Source of the DNA: Octopus vulgaris
Taxonomy: Eukaryota
Direction: 5' to 3'
Assembly (NCBI GenBank): GCA_951406725.2
Contig: OX597814.1
Location: forward strand, 184,264,001 to 184,328,000
Length of the DNA stretch: 64,000 nt
Shown: positions 26,717-41,203 of the stretch, piece by piece
Numbering within the stretch: position 1 is the stretch's first letter
How the letters are laid out: each line of letters opens with the position of its first letter
The notes under the pieces: model-generated
Database searches by the model: none
Told to the model about the DNA's origin: nothing
What the model saw: only the letters and a program-made list of their open reading frames with translations
Made by a program: the position numbers and the translations under genes

Positions 26717-27340
26717 ATTAATATAATACATGATTATATAACCATGAGTATATATCTATTTGTCTGTCTGTGTATCAGTTCATCTTTTCTGCATGACTAT
26801 ATGCATTTATATATGTATGTATTTGTATATGTGTGTATTTCTATATGTATGTGAACGCGTATGTATACATTTGTATGCATATATTCATTTTACATATACA
26901 TGTATATACATAGATGGAAGCGCATGGATGTGTAGATATATGCCTGATTTTGTATTGGATGACAGATAGAGAGAAAATATAAATGGTTGGAGGAAAAACT
27001 GTGCGTAAAATTATAGCATTTAAGAAGCAAGGTAACTGAAGAATGAAGTGCAAAGCCAAGGAACTAAATAATAGAGAGGCAAGCGAATATTATCGATTTG
27101 AAGAGATTTTTATAATAGTAAAACTAATAAGGAAAAATATATTTGCCGGCTTAATAAGTGTAGTAGTAATAGACACATTATCAGTGTCAGTATTAATACC
27201 AATGGCTGCAACAATAGCTGTAGTGACAGTAAGAGTAATAATAACTACAACCGTGACTTCATTTTAAGGTGTACGAGGCAGCAAGATTATGCCAGACGAA
27301 TTGACACCATTCTCAGTTTAAGGTATGAGTTCATAACCAT

Positions 27341-27458
27341 ATGTATATCTATCTATCGATTTATCTATCTTTCTGTTTGTCTGTCTGCAGGTTTGTGATC
27401 TATCTATTTATCTATCTATCTATCTCTCTGTCTGTCTGTCTATTTATCTATCTATCTA

Positions 27459-27489
<31 letters not shown>

Positions 27490-27582
27490 GTCTATTTATC
27501 TCTCTATCTCTCTGTCTGTCTGTCTATTTATCTATCTATCTATCTCTCTGTCTGTCTGTCTATTTGTCTATCTCTCTCTCTT

Positions 27583-27617
<35 letters not shown>

Positions 27618-27622
27618 GTCTG

Positions 27623-27655
<33 letters not shown>

Positions 27656-27825
27656 GTCTGTCTGTCTGTCTGTCTGTTTGTTTGTTTGTTTGTTTGTTTG
27701 TTTTGTTTTGTTTTGTTTTGTTTTGTTTGTTTGTCTGCCTGTATGTCTGTCTATCTATCTATCTATCTATTTATCTATCTATCTATTTATCTATCTATCT
27801 AACTATCTGTTTGCTTGTCTGTCTG

Positions 27826-27880
<55 letters not shown>

Positions 27881-28129
27881 CTGTTTGTCTCTCTGTCTGT
27901 CTCTCTGATTGTCTGTTTATCTATCTATCTCTCAGTCTGTCTGTATTTCTACCAACCTACCAACCTACCTACCTGCCTGCCTACCTACCTACCTACCTAC
28001 CTACCTACCTACCTACCTACCTACCTACCTACTAACCTATCTGTTTGTCTATCTCTCTGTCTACCTGTCTGTCTGTCTGTCTGACTGTCTGTCTCTGTAT
28101 TTCTACCTACCTACCTACCTACCAATCTG

Positions 28130-28171
<42 letters not shown>

Positions 28172-28261
28172 GTTTGTCTGTCTGCCTATTTATCTATTTA
28201 TCGTTGTCTGTCTGTTTGTCTGTCTGTATTTCTACCTACCTACCTATCTATCTATCTACCT

Positions 28262-28296
<35 letters not shown>

Positions 28297-28312
28297 TGTG
28301 TATGTATATATA
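27341..28312. repeat. ~1-kb compound tetranucleotide array (TATC/TGTC/TTTG/TACC/TC)
   Basis: Read directly. Confidence 0.95.
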
Positions 28313-29681
28313 AGACGAGTCGATGAATAAAGAAAATAATGCATGTACAAATTTTTGGTTATTAGTTTTATTTATATATATAGTATAATTAAATTGAATA
28401 TGTGCGACATATGTTTCGCTATGTGGTTTTCATTTGCTTTCAGTTTATTCATCCGGTTGCAGCTTTATTGAAAATATTGTACCCCGTTGTGGTTTGAAAT
28501 TTCAAGCCACATTATTGCAAGATATCCATGTACCCGAAACGTAAATCTAATAAATTGAAATTAAATATACTGATTAACTAATTGTAAAGATAAAAGAATG
28601 CATAAATTTATTATTATTCTTATGCATTGAAATGTCTTGGATATACACTCTGTAAACTATTTTAAATCCAAAGAAACGAAATCAGGATTTACCCATCGGA
28701 TGAAATACTTCTAGGCTGTTCCTTAGCATTCGATGTGTTTAGGCATAACTTGGATTATAATAGAGTGCTAAAACGGTACCCTCTAATATTAAAGCATCTA
28801 TTTGCGAAATGACTAAATCCTTCAACAATAAAATTCTTCATATTTATGAAGCAAACAGACACTCGGTATAATTTTTAAATCCTTCACAATCAACAAACTG
28901 TTTTCTCTCTCAAAAATGTTCCAATGATCTGAAAAGATGACAATCGGATAGAATAAGACTCCGTGAGTATGGAAGATTCATTGCTATCCAGAAATGTGTT
29001 ACTCAAGGAGAATGAAGATTATGTTTCACTTTACATGAAAGCAGTATAGAAAAAAAACCAGAAGGTGCAGTTTACTGACCATTGCATAGGCCATAATGTC
29101 AGGGAGTGAAAGACCAATTCATTCCAAGTAGGAAGATGCCTGAAATTTGGTCTGGCTCAAAGAACCTTTATCACACGTGGCAGGCTCTATGCTACGGTCG
29201 ACGTCAGATTCTTCACAGAGATCAAAGCAAGAAATCGCTCACGATGAAGAATTAATTCCGATGTCTTCATATCGTGATCAACGCGTGGCAGAGGTGAATG
29301 TAGGAGATTAGCGGCCAGAAATAAATATTCATTGAAGTACTGGGTAAAGTTCTTGATCCAAATATATCAAGAGGACTTCGAAACTATCATTTTTCTTTTA
29401 TATTTGACAGCTGGAATCCTTTTGTTGATAGTAGAGTGCCGAAACTCAAGATACCACTTCTGTGACGCTATCCACTCATCCAAGGACTCCCTGCTTGAAA
29501 CAGAGGTCAGTTGGAAGAGCCGCTTCGACTGTTGCCAACGTTACAACCTCAAAAACAATAACAACAAAAACAGCAGTTACAACAGTAAAAGCAGCAACAC
29601 AAGTTGCAAAAAAACGAAAGCATTAGCAGCATCGGCAGTACTAGCAGTGGCAGCGGCAGAAACAAGAGCAACAACAGCAGA

Positions 29682-29865
29682 AGTGGAGGCGCAATGGCCT
29701 AGTGGTTAGGGCAGCGGACTCACGGTCGTAAGAACGCGGTTTCGATTCCCAGACCGGGCATTGTTAGTGTTTATTGAGCAAAAACACCTAAGCTCTATGA
29801 GGCTCCGGCGAGGTGAGGTGAACCCCTCTGTACTCTTTCACCACAACTTTCTCTTACTCTTTCAG
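29682..29865 (+). mobile_element. tRNA-derived SINE family C, 5' part
   Basis: GTGGAGGCGCAATGGCCTAGTGGTTAGGGC (A box) ... GGTTTCGATTCCC (B box). Matches the reverse complement of 41025-41203. Confidence 0.85.
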
Positions 29866-30534
29866 CATGGGAACCATGGTGTACCCCACTATGGTGTGGT
29901 AAACTTTCAGACCCTAGTCTAGATTGCGAATCCTCTGTACCCCAGAATGGTTCTCCTCTCCACTCGTTAAAAGCCACCGTTTACGGAATGAGGATAACAA
30001 AGTAGCTCTCGCGGCCGTGCAACCGCCGGTCTATCGCGTGTGGTGGGCGGATCTTCAAAATAGCCACACGCATTCTTAGTAGCTTAGAGTAGGCTCGAAT
30101 TAGAGATTATTCTTTGTGGCTAGTGGCGTGAGTCGTGATTGGAAGAAGACAACAGCATCAACAACAACAGTGACAGCGAAGATAATAACAGGACCCCACT
30201 AACAAAACCGACTAGAACAGAACGCACGCACCATTGAACCACCCTAAAAGCGTCGCGTACTGCACCACACAAACGCAGACACTGAAACACACAAGGCTAT
30301 GACTCTCTCCTCCAACACTACAGAACGAAGGGGGCGAAGCGAAACTAAAAGAATAAAAGGCGTTATATCTTTGAAGAAGTGGTAGTTCTCCTCTCAAACA
30401 GCCATTGACTGACATCTCCATGACCAATGCTTTTAGCAAAAAAACATAAACCACCAAACCTGCAACTACTTCATCAACACAACCACCACCACCAACAACA
30501 ACCAAAGCACACACACAACTCGTATGTCTCGACT

Positions 30535-31370
30535 AAGGTAGGGCTACCGGATTTTTTCAGGTATCTGAAAGTGTTCTTGGGAACGATACGCTATTTAATA
30601 ATTATTGGTGACTGGAATGGCATCTTTGACACACAACGCGGTTGTGGAACTAGCCGAGAGAAAAAGAGATATAAAATCTGTACAAATCTATTCAGATGTT
30701 TCCGGCTAAAAAAATATTAATTGGATTTCCTGAATGTAACACAGTGGACATGGAATAAACGAATAGAATCATCCAAATTATACATAAATAGGGCATCTAT
30801 TAGGTCTGTAGATATGGATAATGAAGAATGTGCAAAATTTCAGCTGGTCGGTTCCAATAAAATCCACAGCTTTGTGATCTGCACGGTTGATCTAAACGGA
30901 ATTTGTGAACTAGAATTTCAAAGCGCAGTTCTTAGCACGTTAAAACATATAAACACTGGAATAGTAATTTGAGAGAGCGGCAACTGACAGGGACGGTTGT
31001 CGACAACCGGCGGTGGGGCGCTCTGAAGAGGTTGAATCAAGAAGAATCGGTAAGGTTTTGAAAAGATGTTTTTAAAACATCATCAAATATTTTTTCTACG
31101 AGTAAAAACGATATGAGATGATGCTTGAAATAGTAAATTACAAGATCCGATTGAGAAAGACATTGTGACCGACATTCTTGCGATAAGAATGACATTTGAC
31201 GAAACTTGAATGATGTTTATCAAAGCTAAAGCATGTGCTCTACGTCATGAGGAAACAAAAGTGTTCAATGAGCAAAGGTGGTAAAAGTGCAACATAGAAG
31301 GACAGTTCTAACCAGAAATGTGCAGCTTTTCAACAGTTATGTTAAAATCCGCTGGGGAGCTGATTTCCAC
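30535..31370 (+). pseudogene. Decayed LINE ORF2, AP-endonuclease region (Tx1/L1-like)
   Basis: LIIIGDWNGIFD ... QWTW ... YINR (YLDR-like) ... IHSFVIC (SDH-like) are APE motifs in order, with stops and frameshifts. Confidence 0.7.
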
Positions 31371-32737
31371 CCCTGTTCAGTTTCTGTTCTCTGTCTCAAA
31401 TCCCTATGTCTGAGCTATTATATTCATATTTTAATTAGGTTTTCACTGTTGCATTCCACCATATTATGAGTGGCTATGACCTCTAAAATGATGTGGGTTT
31501 TTATCTCTTCGTTCTCAGAATTATGCTTCCAGAACATCTCATTACACTGCCTTGGATGCATAATGTCTCATGGTAAATAATACTACGATGACATTTTTGG
31601 ACAACTGCTTATGATATGGGTGATATATTGGAAGTTAACTTCACAAATTCTGCATTGCTTATCAAATTTTAGTGATTTTCCTGCACCTCTGTCCCTTTTA
31701 TGCATCAGGTATTTGGTTAATTTTTCCTTTTCCTGTTTTGCTAACGCAAATGAACCAGCATTTCGTTCAACTATTCGTATTGAGAGGTGAAACGAAGAAG
31801 GTGGTGGACGTTACTACCTACTTCAGTGATCTGACGTGATCCAGCGATATATACGCAGTACTATGGAAAGCTTATAACATCAGTCGACTTACTGTATATG
31901 ATAAATGATTCTGAAAGGCGTATATCGCTTGGTTTGGATTGTGAGGGGCCCATCTCAGTTGCCCTACAAGATTTACGCAAGTGTAAGAGGCTTGTTCACC
32001 GACGTATTGGTAGGCTCTACTGCAACTGGCAAATAATGGAATAATTCCCAGTTCTGTTATCCGAACAGTGGTGCCCTGAGGAAGGGTGTAAGCAAAAGAG
32101 AAACAACAAATAATTTCCGGCATATAACTCAGCAAGCACTCGTTCATGTGGAGTTATGCCGAACTGCTGTTCTCACATGTAAGACTTATCCGACTAACAG
32201 CCGAGTCCATCCTGAAGATCGTCCCACCACCATATTTGGACAGCTAAGTCAAGTAGTTTTTCTGTCTGGTGAGTATGGAGGACACAGGTTGTGTGGACTG
32301 ATTTCATGCAAAAGATTTTTTCCATGGCTGTTTTTTCTCTCTCTTTTTTACTCTCTGAGAGAGAAAAAGATTCTTTCAAAAGCAATAACTGAATCAAGAA
32401 TAACATCTTGAATTTTAATTAAATTTTAATGGATAGACTACATCGATGCAATATAATTGAAAAGGATCCTCTTTCTCTCTCTCTTTCTCTATCTTCCCCT
32501 CCATTCTTTGCTTTTGTTTCTCTTTCTCGATTTCCCCCTCTCTTTCTCCCCGTTTAAAAAAAAAATTTAAATCATCCGCTCTTCGATTGATATAAAAGAC
32601 GAGGAAACGTTGTGTTTTGTTATCTTGGTCTTAATTGTTCTGGAAGTGTTCATTTAAACGAACGAAACGCTAATAAAGAATTATCCAAAATTCTGACTTC
32701 CACATTTTTTCTTAAATATATATATCTCGGAAGTAGA

Positions 32738-32947
32738 GAATGGAGTATGTAAACACATTATACATGTTTCCAACGGAAACTGAACGAAAGCTATGTATTA
32801 AGGTATTAAATATGTACTTAGCTTTCCCCTTTTCCAGGTACTCAAACCATAAAGGTACTCAAAGCGTAAATGTAACAATTTGAGCTACATAACTTCCATT
32901 CGGTTTCCCTTGGAAACATATGTAGTACGTACTTATCTACTCCATTC
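32738..32947. repeat. Imperfect inverted repeat (~60-bp arms, ~85-bp spacer), old MITE-like
   Basis: GAATGGAGTA..ATGTTTCCAACGGAAACTGAA..TATGTA versus TACATA..TTCGGTTTCCCTTGGAAACAT..TACTCCATTC. Confidence 0.7.
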
Positions 32948-33177
32948 CTTACACCAACCTATTTATACACGTATATTTAGCAACATTTTCTATAGTGGCT
33001 GTCATATGAATGTCTAATTCGATATTGTACAATGTGCTCAACATACATTGAGTAATAAACTTAATGAATATTATCTGCCTCATGTTATCTATACAAGCCG
33101 TGTCCCTGCTTGAGATTAACGAAACGGTTGTAACATGATTATATTCGATCTCTGTACTTTATTATTAAGCATAGATC

Positions 33178-33840
33178 TTTTACTTCTTATTTGTTTCAGT
33201 CATTAGACCGCGCCCATGCTGGTTCATCACCTGGAAAAAAATTTTAGTCGAATGAATTCACCCCAATACTTAATTTCTAGAGCGTGGTACTTATTTTATC
33301 GCTGTCTTTTGCCGAACTGTTACGTTACGGGAACGTAAACAAACCAATACCAGTCGTCGAAAGGAGGTTGGGGGACAAACGTAGATACACACACATACAC
33401 GCACGCTCACACACACACACACACACACACACAAACGCATATATATTCTTTTACTTGTTTCAGTCATTTGACTGCGGCCATGCTGGAGCACCGCCTTTAA
33501 TCGAGCAACTCGACCCCGGGACTTATTCTTTTGTAAGCCCAGTACTTATTCTATCGGTCTCTTTTGCCGAACCGCTAGGTAACGGGGACATAAACACACT
33601 AGCATCGGTTGTCAAGCAATGCTAGGGGGACAAACACAGACACACAAACACACACATACATATATACATATACATATATACGACGGGCTTCTTTCAGTTT
33701 TCGCCTACCAAATCCACTCACAAGGCTTTGGTCGGCCGAGGCTATAATGTAAGACACTTACTTATCCAGGTGCTATGCATTGGGACTGAACTTGGAACTA
33801 TGTGGTTGGGAAGTAAGCTCAGTCCCACACTGCCATACCT
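33178..33840 (-). mobile_element. SINE family A: older 3' half (33178-33430) abutting a full-length copy (33446-33840)
   Basis: Two family A tails (TTGTTTCAGTCATT.GAC.GCG.CCATGCTGG) and one head. Confidence 0.9.
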
Positions 33841-33845
33841 ATAGC

Positions 33846-33882
<37 letters not shown>

Positions 33883-33948
33883 TCAGTATGTAAATGTGGT
33901 TGTATATATATATTTGTTATGTGCGTGTACACTCATACAACACACAAA

Positions 33949-34007
<59 letters not shown>

Positions 34008-35187
34008 ACAAGCGCACACACGTTCAGACATGCATTCGTATTTAGACACATATCGCTAATAGCAAATTGAATAAATGCATAAAAAAAAAAAAACTCTGTG
34101 AGAAATGTCAAAAGAATATACCCGCTTCGTAGCATGCATTCATGCATGGCATGTAGTAGCACACGCTGAAATATGCTGAATAAATATAACAATAAGAAAT
34201 ATATTTCAAACATAAAATCTGCTTAACGATCTGAAAATATCTCTTTCGTTACTGAAACGTAACAATTCTTGCTAAAATATGATATTAACTTATCATTCTA
34301 GCAACTTCTAAATCGATAGAGTTTCTAAATAATTTATGAGCCAAAATTCTTGCATTGGACTTTGGTAATTTTTTTTCGTTTCGTTTTTATCTATTTATTT
34401 TATTTTATTTTATTTATTTAAAATATCATATGCAAGATGAATGAGTGAGTTGAGACGTACAGTGAGATAAAGAAATGTGCAGATATATACCTATAAATAT
34501 TAAGGAAGATATCGATAAGGATATGTGCGTATAGATGCGTATAGATGTGTATCCATACGCATACAAATCTATACGTGCATGTACATGCATACACACACAA
34601 ACAGACGCTCGTTCTCGCACGTAAACTCTACACACATGTTCATAAATGTGTATATATATATAACAGACACTGAAGTATATGTCAATTTATAACAGAAAAC
34701 GAAAAAAGTTAACTGATATAGTTTATCTATTAAACTGAGAAGAAGAAAAAAAACACATGAACGGAAAGAAATAGTTAATATGGCTGATCACAGCCTTACG
34801 TATGTTATATCGTTCGTTATTTAGGTTTATATGGATATTGTGGTTGATGTTGTTGTTTAACCTCGATCAAAGACCCATGATCAAAGAAAATCCAGCTGTG
34901 CGCCTCCCATCATTTTTCAAGCACAGTGCATCAAGAAATACGTTACACAACGTGTCTTCTTGCTTTTTTCTCTTTTAAGATGTTAGGCTGAATAAAGTGA
35001 GATATCTGTTTTCAGAAAATCGAATGCCAATGTGAAGGCTCTTTCGAGAAATTCAATCTTTATATTGCAAAAGAGTGACATTGTGGTCTAGTCACCGCTG
35101 TTGTTGTTGTTGTTCTTGCTGTTACTGTTCTTCTCATTTACCTATAGCTGGCTTTTAAATGAGCAAATACCTTTGTATATTATATAA

Positions 35188-35582
35188 CTAGAAGTATCAC
35201 CCGGCGTTGCTCGGATTTGTTTCGACCCTTTAGAATTGGAATTTTTGAAAAGTAAAACTTTTGCATTATGTAGCTTGTTATTCTCTTTAAGTGGACATTT
35301 TTCTGGTTGAAAAATATCGAAAAATGGCGACACAGCAGTCAAAAAGATCGTACAAAATAGGGATTTTCATAGAAAAAAGGCACCTTTTTGATGTAAATAA
35401 TTTTGGATCGTAACATGGTCCGATTTAAATTTTATCTGCTACGGAATGAAGAGCAAGCCTTCTTCTATCATACTCTCAATTTTGGTCAACTTGCGCCGTA
35501 GGGTCTCGGAGAAGATAGCATTAGTTGAAGGCTACCAAACCTGCCACACACACAGACAACTTCAGCTTTACATATATATAGA
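35188..35582 (-). mobile_element. Non-autonomous Helitron (same subfamily as 11556-11949)
   Basis: TC...CTAG termini on the minus strand, subterminal hairpin, and interior colinear with 11556-11949. Confidence 0.85.
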
Positions 35583-36249
35583 TTTGTCCTCTATTAAGAT
35601 TGGATATAATTAAAGTGAATTTACTTCATATTTCTTGCACGTTGTGTTCATGTTGTTGTTAATACGAATAGAGTGTCCATATTCTTGTATACTATCAATG
35701 TTTTCTTTATAAAACTCTGTTTGCAATATGATCATATTTTGTGTATGTCTTCATGTTTGATGTGTTCTTTAACCCCAGGTCAGCAATAATGGATCAGTTC
35801 TGTAATCAAAGGCGCTCTCGTCACGACCAGACCGTATTTTTTTTCTTCGTAGACATACTGTATTTATACTGAGTTATCTAACACACACTTCTTTTCTTAT
35901 ATAGATAAAATGATTTACGGGAAAAGTAGCTTCTAATATTTTAGACTGCTTCAGGAGTTCTACAGAAACCCGTCTTTGATATATGCATGTCTGTTTATAA
36001 ACAATCCCTTTTATCTTGAAAGTATTGAAAAGTATATCAGATTTACTTCCTTTAGTTCAGTGGGAACAGTATTATATGAGTAAAGTAATAGTAAGACTTT
36101 AATACTATTTTCGTCGGATAAGGAATAAAGAATACGTTACACGAGAGCAAAGCATTCTTGCTGATTCTGCAAGAATGCATTGCAGCGCGCGCAGACAAAC
36201 GCTTTCAGTCTCAACTCTGCTCTTTCCCTTTCATATGCACATGTGTATA

Positions 36250-36276
36250 CTACATATACGTATATATAAAATATAA

Positions 36277-36337
<61 letters not shown>

Positions 36338-36500
36338 TGTATGTATGTATGTATGTGTATATGTATGTATGTATGTGTATATATATGTATGTATGTGTAT
36401 ATATATGTATGTATGTGTATATATATATGTATGTATATGTATGTATATATGTGTATATATATGTATGTATGTATATATATATATATGTATATATATATGA
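36250..36500. repeat. (TA)n/(TATG)n microsatellite
   Basis: Read directly. Confidence 0.9.
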
Positions 36501-37164
36501 CTGCGTGGGTTCGTGTGGGTGTGTGTGTATCAGACGCGGTTCTTTCGGTTTCGGTTTCCGTCACAAAGCTCTTGTTTGGCACGAAGTTGTAGTAGAAGGG
36601 TTGATTGTGCTTTTAAGGTGTACGCATACAAGCATATGTATATGTATTTATATATCGAAACAGTAGTTTATAAAAAAAAAATTTATTATTCATTCATTTG
36701 CTAATAAGTTACAAAATTGCAACTGTAGGAAAAACATGTAAGATATCCCCTATCAGAAATTCTTCAGGTAGAGAATCAAATAACATTAGCAAATGAAGCA
36801 CGTGTAATGCTCAATAAATGATACAAAACTTTTTTTCCCAATCTCCTCGTTTCATACGTTATATCGCTGCAAATACGATTTCCCAGTATCTTTCAACTCA
36901 TGCATGTCTTACACTATTATAACATCTACATACTATTTTAAAGTACTGGAATATACAGATGTGCTTCATGAAAACACAGCATGGATAATAGCCCTATTTA
37001 TCTGTATATAGATAGACACACCTACACACAAATGCATATTTATGGGTGCATGTTTAAATTTATGGGTACTGATGCGTGAGAGTGTTGTGTAGTATATATG
37101 TCGTTTACTAATCTGGGATTGCAATATGATTTTCTCACCCTTACTCTTTGTTCATCTATCATTT

Positions 37165-37345
37165 TTGGTTTCAAATTTTTGCACAAGGCCAGTAATTTCG
37201 GAGATGTGTAAGTCAATTACGTGAGTGCTCAACGGTTACTCATTTTCTCGACTCAGAAATGATGAAAGGTAAAGTTAACCTCGGTGGTATTTGAACTTAG
37301 AACGGATTTTATCCGGCGTGGCACCGATTATGCCAGCTTACCGAC
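37165..37345 (-). mobile_element. Old SINE family B variant
   Basis: GATGAAAGGTAAAGTTAACCTCGG..ATTTGAACTTAGAACG..TGCCAGCTTACC, with the GGTTTCAAATTTTTGCACAAGG tail. Confidence 0.7.
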
Positions 37346-37482
37346 TTTAATCTATCTTTCATGTAACCTCCTATATTACAAAAACAATAAAAAGTATGAT
37401 GACGATGATGACGACAATGAAAGTTTGCACCTATTCTGTTGCTGTTGATGGTGGTGGTGTAGTTGTTGTTGCTACAGTTCAT

Positions 37483-37887
37483 AGGCGCAAGAGAGGTTGT
37501 GTGGTAAGTAGCTTGCTCACCAACCACATGGTTCCGGGTTCAGTCCCACTGCGTGGCACCTTGGGCAAGTGTCTTCTACTATAGCCTCGGGCCGACCAAA
37601 GGCTTGTGAGTGGATTTGGTAGACGGAAACTGAAAGAAGCCCGTCGTATATATTCTGTATATATGTGTTTGTGTGTTTGTGTGTCTGTGTTTGTCCCCCA
37701 ACATCGCTTGACAACCGATAGTGGTGTGTTTACGTCCCCGTAACTTAGCGGTTCGGCAAAAGAGACCGATAGAATAAGTACTAGGCTTACAAAGAATAAG
37801 TCTTGGGGTCGATTTGTTCGACTAAAGGCGGTGCTCCAGCATGGCCGCAGTCAAATGACTGAAGCAAGTAAAAGAGCAAAGAGAGTA
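37483..37887 (+). mobile_element. SINE family A, full length
   Basis: Head AGGCGCA..GTGTGGTAAGTAGCTTGC..GGGTTCAGTCCC, CORE-like CCTTGGGCAAGTGTC, central microsatellite and tail GCATGGCCGCAGTCAAATGACTGAAGCAAGTAAAAGAG. Confidence 0.92.
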
Positions 37888-39608
37888 ACTATGATAACAA
37901 CTGCAGTGGCGAGTAAACTGGACAAAAAGTCGCCATATTAAAAACGAAATATCTGAACTGTAACTAATCTAGTCCTTATCAATATTCTATACTATTGTGA
38001 TATGATAGAGCTTCAAAGCCTCAAAAATATACTATTATATTTGATAGAGAGTACATGACACATGTTTGTACGATACGCATGTGTGTGTGTAGTGTTTATG
38101 GGTATGTGTAGTGATTGTGTATGTGTGTGTAGGAACAAATCATAAGTAACATGCATACATGCACACGGACACATACACAGATATTTATATGTTTAAATTT
38201 ATGCATGTGCATTATATATGTGTGTGTATACGTAACTACCTTCGTACCTACCTACATACATAACATGCATACAGAAGGCGGTAATGGAGAAAGGTAGAGT
38301 AAAAACAGAAGTTATATGCAGAGAACGGCTGACTATAAGTAGTCCAGGCTCAATTTATAATAACAGTCCAATTATAGAACCTCTTTTTCTTTTATATCCT
38401 GTCTGCAAAATTTGACTAGAAGAAATTGAAGATAGCACCAGACTTATTTATTTAAAAGAAAATGGAGTCGGGATAATTCACATTTTCTCCCGTACACTTT
38501 CCACGTCAAGCTTTTCCGTTTGTATCTATCTTTATTTCAAGAGAGTATGAAGTAATTTGAGCGATACTAGGTCACTATTTCCAGTTGTTCATGCGATCAC
38601 TTATAAAGTTTGTATTGTTAGATCACTGAGTGTGGTTTACAACTGGAACGGTTTTGATAACAATTTTGTTGCTAAATAACAGCAAAAAACACTTCTACAT
38701 TGCGCGTTTTTTCTCTCCCCTATACAGCATATCTTCATTCATTTTTAATGCTATAATTTTAGGGGTCGGGATTGGAATATTGTTACTACTCTTGGAATTT
38801 GCTGGAATAATTCATTTGATTATTAATCTTCTTTGGAACAGTGGATATTTAAGAATATAAAACTATAAATAATTGGGTTCATGATCCTTTTTGAGTAGAA
38901 CAGTCGAAGGCTGACCGTCGAGCTCAAACAAACATCTGTACGTATGGCATATGTTCCACCATTAGACTACTGCAATCCTTTTAATTTCTCGATCAATTGC
39001 AGAAGCTTTATTCTTACTCGCGAGAATTATATGTTATTGATGTTATAGGGAATTATAAACTTTCGAGACATGAAACAATACTTTTTTGGCATAGTGGATC
39101 TCGAAACACATAAAGCTATAAGTAATAGCATGTAAATATTGGGATGAAAATTCCTTAAGTCTATAAATTCTTATGACCTCAGTAATTTTATATTTATTTA
39201 GCTATATTTTTTACAAGACCTTGATCTCCCTTGTATGACTTCTAATTCTGCAATATCTCAATAACATGTTCATAAAAGATGAGAAAAATGTCATTCGTAT
39301 CTTGCCTGTGATGCAATATTGAACTTAGAGAATACGTTCAGTAGTTATTTATGGTCCAGGTTTGTTTACTTGATTGGCTCAATTTCATATTGTGGAAGAT
39401 GTTTGCTTACCAACATTAATTGTATCTTGACATTACTTTGTGCGGCGAAACACAGTTAATGGATTTTCTGAGAAGTTGTAAGTAAACAAACATGAATTTG
39501 AAATCTTTACATTTCCTTAAATAAAAAGCAATTGCAAAAAAGAAAGTCACCCATACAAATTCAACTGTTATATATCATGCGTTTTGCATCTTAAAAGTAA
39601 TTCTTATT

Positions 39609-40019
39609 TCTTTATTGCTTACAAAGGGCTAAACATAGAGGGGACAAACAAGGACAGACAAAGGGATTAAGTCGATTATATCGACCCCAGTCCGTAACTG
39701 GTACTTAATTTAGCGACCCCGAAAGGATGAAAGGAAAAGTCGACTTCGGTGGAGTTTGAACTCAGAATGTAGTGGCAAACGAAATACCTATTTCTTTACT
39801 ACCCACAAGGGGCTAAACACAGAGAGGACAAACGAGGACAGACAAACAGATTAAGTCGATTACATCGACCCCAGTGCGTAACTGGTATTTATTTAATCCA
39901 CCCCGAACGGATGAAAGGCAAAGTCGACCTCGGCGGAATTTGAACTCAGAACGTAGCGGCCGACGAAATACCGCTAAGCATTTCGCCCGGCGTGCTAACG
40001 TTTCTTCCAGCTCACCGCC
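39609..40019 (-). mobile_element. SINE family B dimer
   Basis: Two units with the junction at 39787/39788. TSD TTAAAAGTAATTCTTATT at 39591-39608 and 40020-40037. Confidence 0.92.
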
Positions 40020-40207
40020 TTAAAAGTAATTCTTATTAGCTCCCTTTCTCAATGTCAAGAAATCTACATTTCTGTTTATTTAGCGATCCATCTGCTGGCA
40101 CATTAGAGCATCTTACAGTGAGGCTACTCTTCAGGTAAAATCCCAAATAAAGAAGCAACAAGCTGGCTTCAGCAATTCGCCGAAAAGAAAACAATAACAT
40201 TAAGCAT

Positions 40208-40596
40208 TACTCTTTTACTCTCTTACTTGTTTCAGTCATTTGACTGAGGTCATGCTGCAGCACCACCTTTAGTCGAGCAGATCGACCCCAGGACTTATTC
40301 TTTGTAAGCCTAGTACCTATTCTATCAATCTATTTTGCCCAACCGCTAAGTTACGGGGATGTAAACACACCAGCATCGGTTGTCAAGCGACGTTGGGGGA
40401 AAAAACACACACACATGCATATATACATATATGCGACGGGCCTTTTTCAGTTTCCTTCTACCAAATCCACTCACAAGGCTTTGGTCGGCCCGAGGCTATA
40501 GTAGAAGACACTTGTCCAAGTTGCCAGCTGTGGGACTGAACCCGGAAGCATCTGGTTGATAAGCAAGCTACTTACCACACAGCCACTCCTACGCCT
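40208..40596 (-). mobile_element. SINE family A, full length
   Basis: Colinear with the reverse complement of 37483-37887. Confidence 0.92.
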
Positions 40597-40894
40597 ATAT
40601 TGAGCAATATTCTTTTCTTTCACCACAAACGAATCCCACAAGAGACTTTAAGTTTCTTGATTTTGCTCATTTAAATGTGTTTGAGAATTCTGGTTCGAAA
40701 ACTTGTCATGTTTGCAGTCTTCTTTTACAATATATATTGTTTGTTTTAACCACCTACATGATCATGTACTTCCTTTCGGCTTTATAATTGTTTTTGCATG
40801 ATTAGAAACTTGGGGTGTTTACTTGTGTTTTTCTGCTGATGGTTGATATGGGTCTTACAGTCAGATTAACGTATTCTCGCGTCCTGTTAACCAT

Positions 40895-41203
40895 TCTTTC
40901 TCGTCCTTTTCAAGCCTAGTCAGGCTCATGGGCCCGGTTTCCCGGTTTCTGTGGCGTATATGTTCCCCCCAGCTGGACGGGACGCCAATCCATCGCAGTG
41001 CTACCCAAGAAACAGGAAGAAAGAGTGAGAGAAAGTTGGGGCGAAAGAGTACAACAGGGGTCGCCACCCCACCCTGCCGGGGCCTCGTGGAGCTTTAGGT
41101 GCTTTCGCTCAATAAACACACACAACGCCCGGTCTGGGAATCGAAACTACAATCCTCCGACCGCGAGTCCGCTGCCCTAACCACTGGGTCATTGCGCCTC
41201 CAC
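40895..41203 (-). mobile_element. tRNA-derived SINE family C, full length
   Basis: A and B boxes on the minus strand. TSD CCTGTTAACCAT at 40883-40894 and 41204-41215. Confidence 0.9.

Noticed and set aside
29682-29760. tRNA-like sequences with A and B boxes (also 41125-41203, 43858, 48701, 55617)
   Set aside because: They lack a complete cloverleaf and continue into SINE bodies, so they are SINE heads and not tRNA genes.
32075-32110. CTGAGGA...GAAAC hammerhead-like core
   Set aside because: Stem II does not pair and there is no stem III or cleavage triplet.
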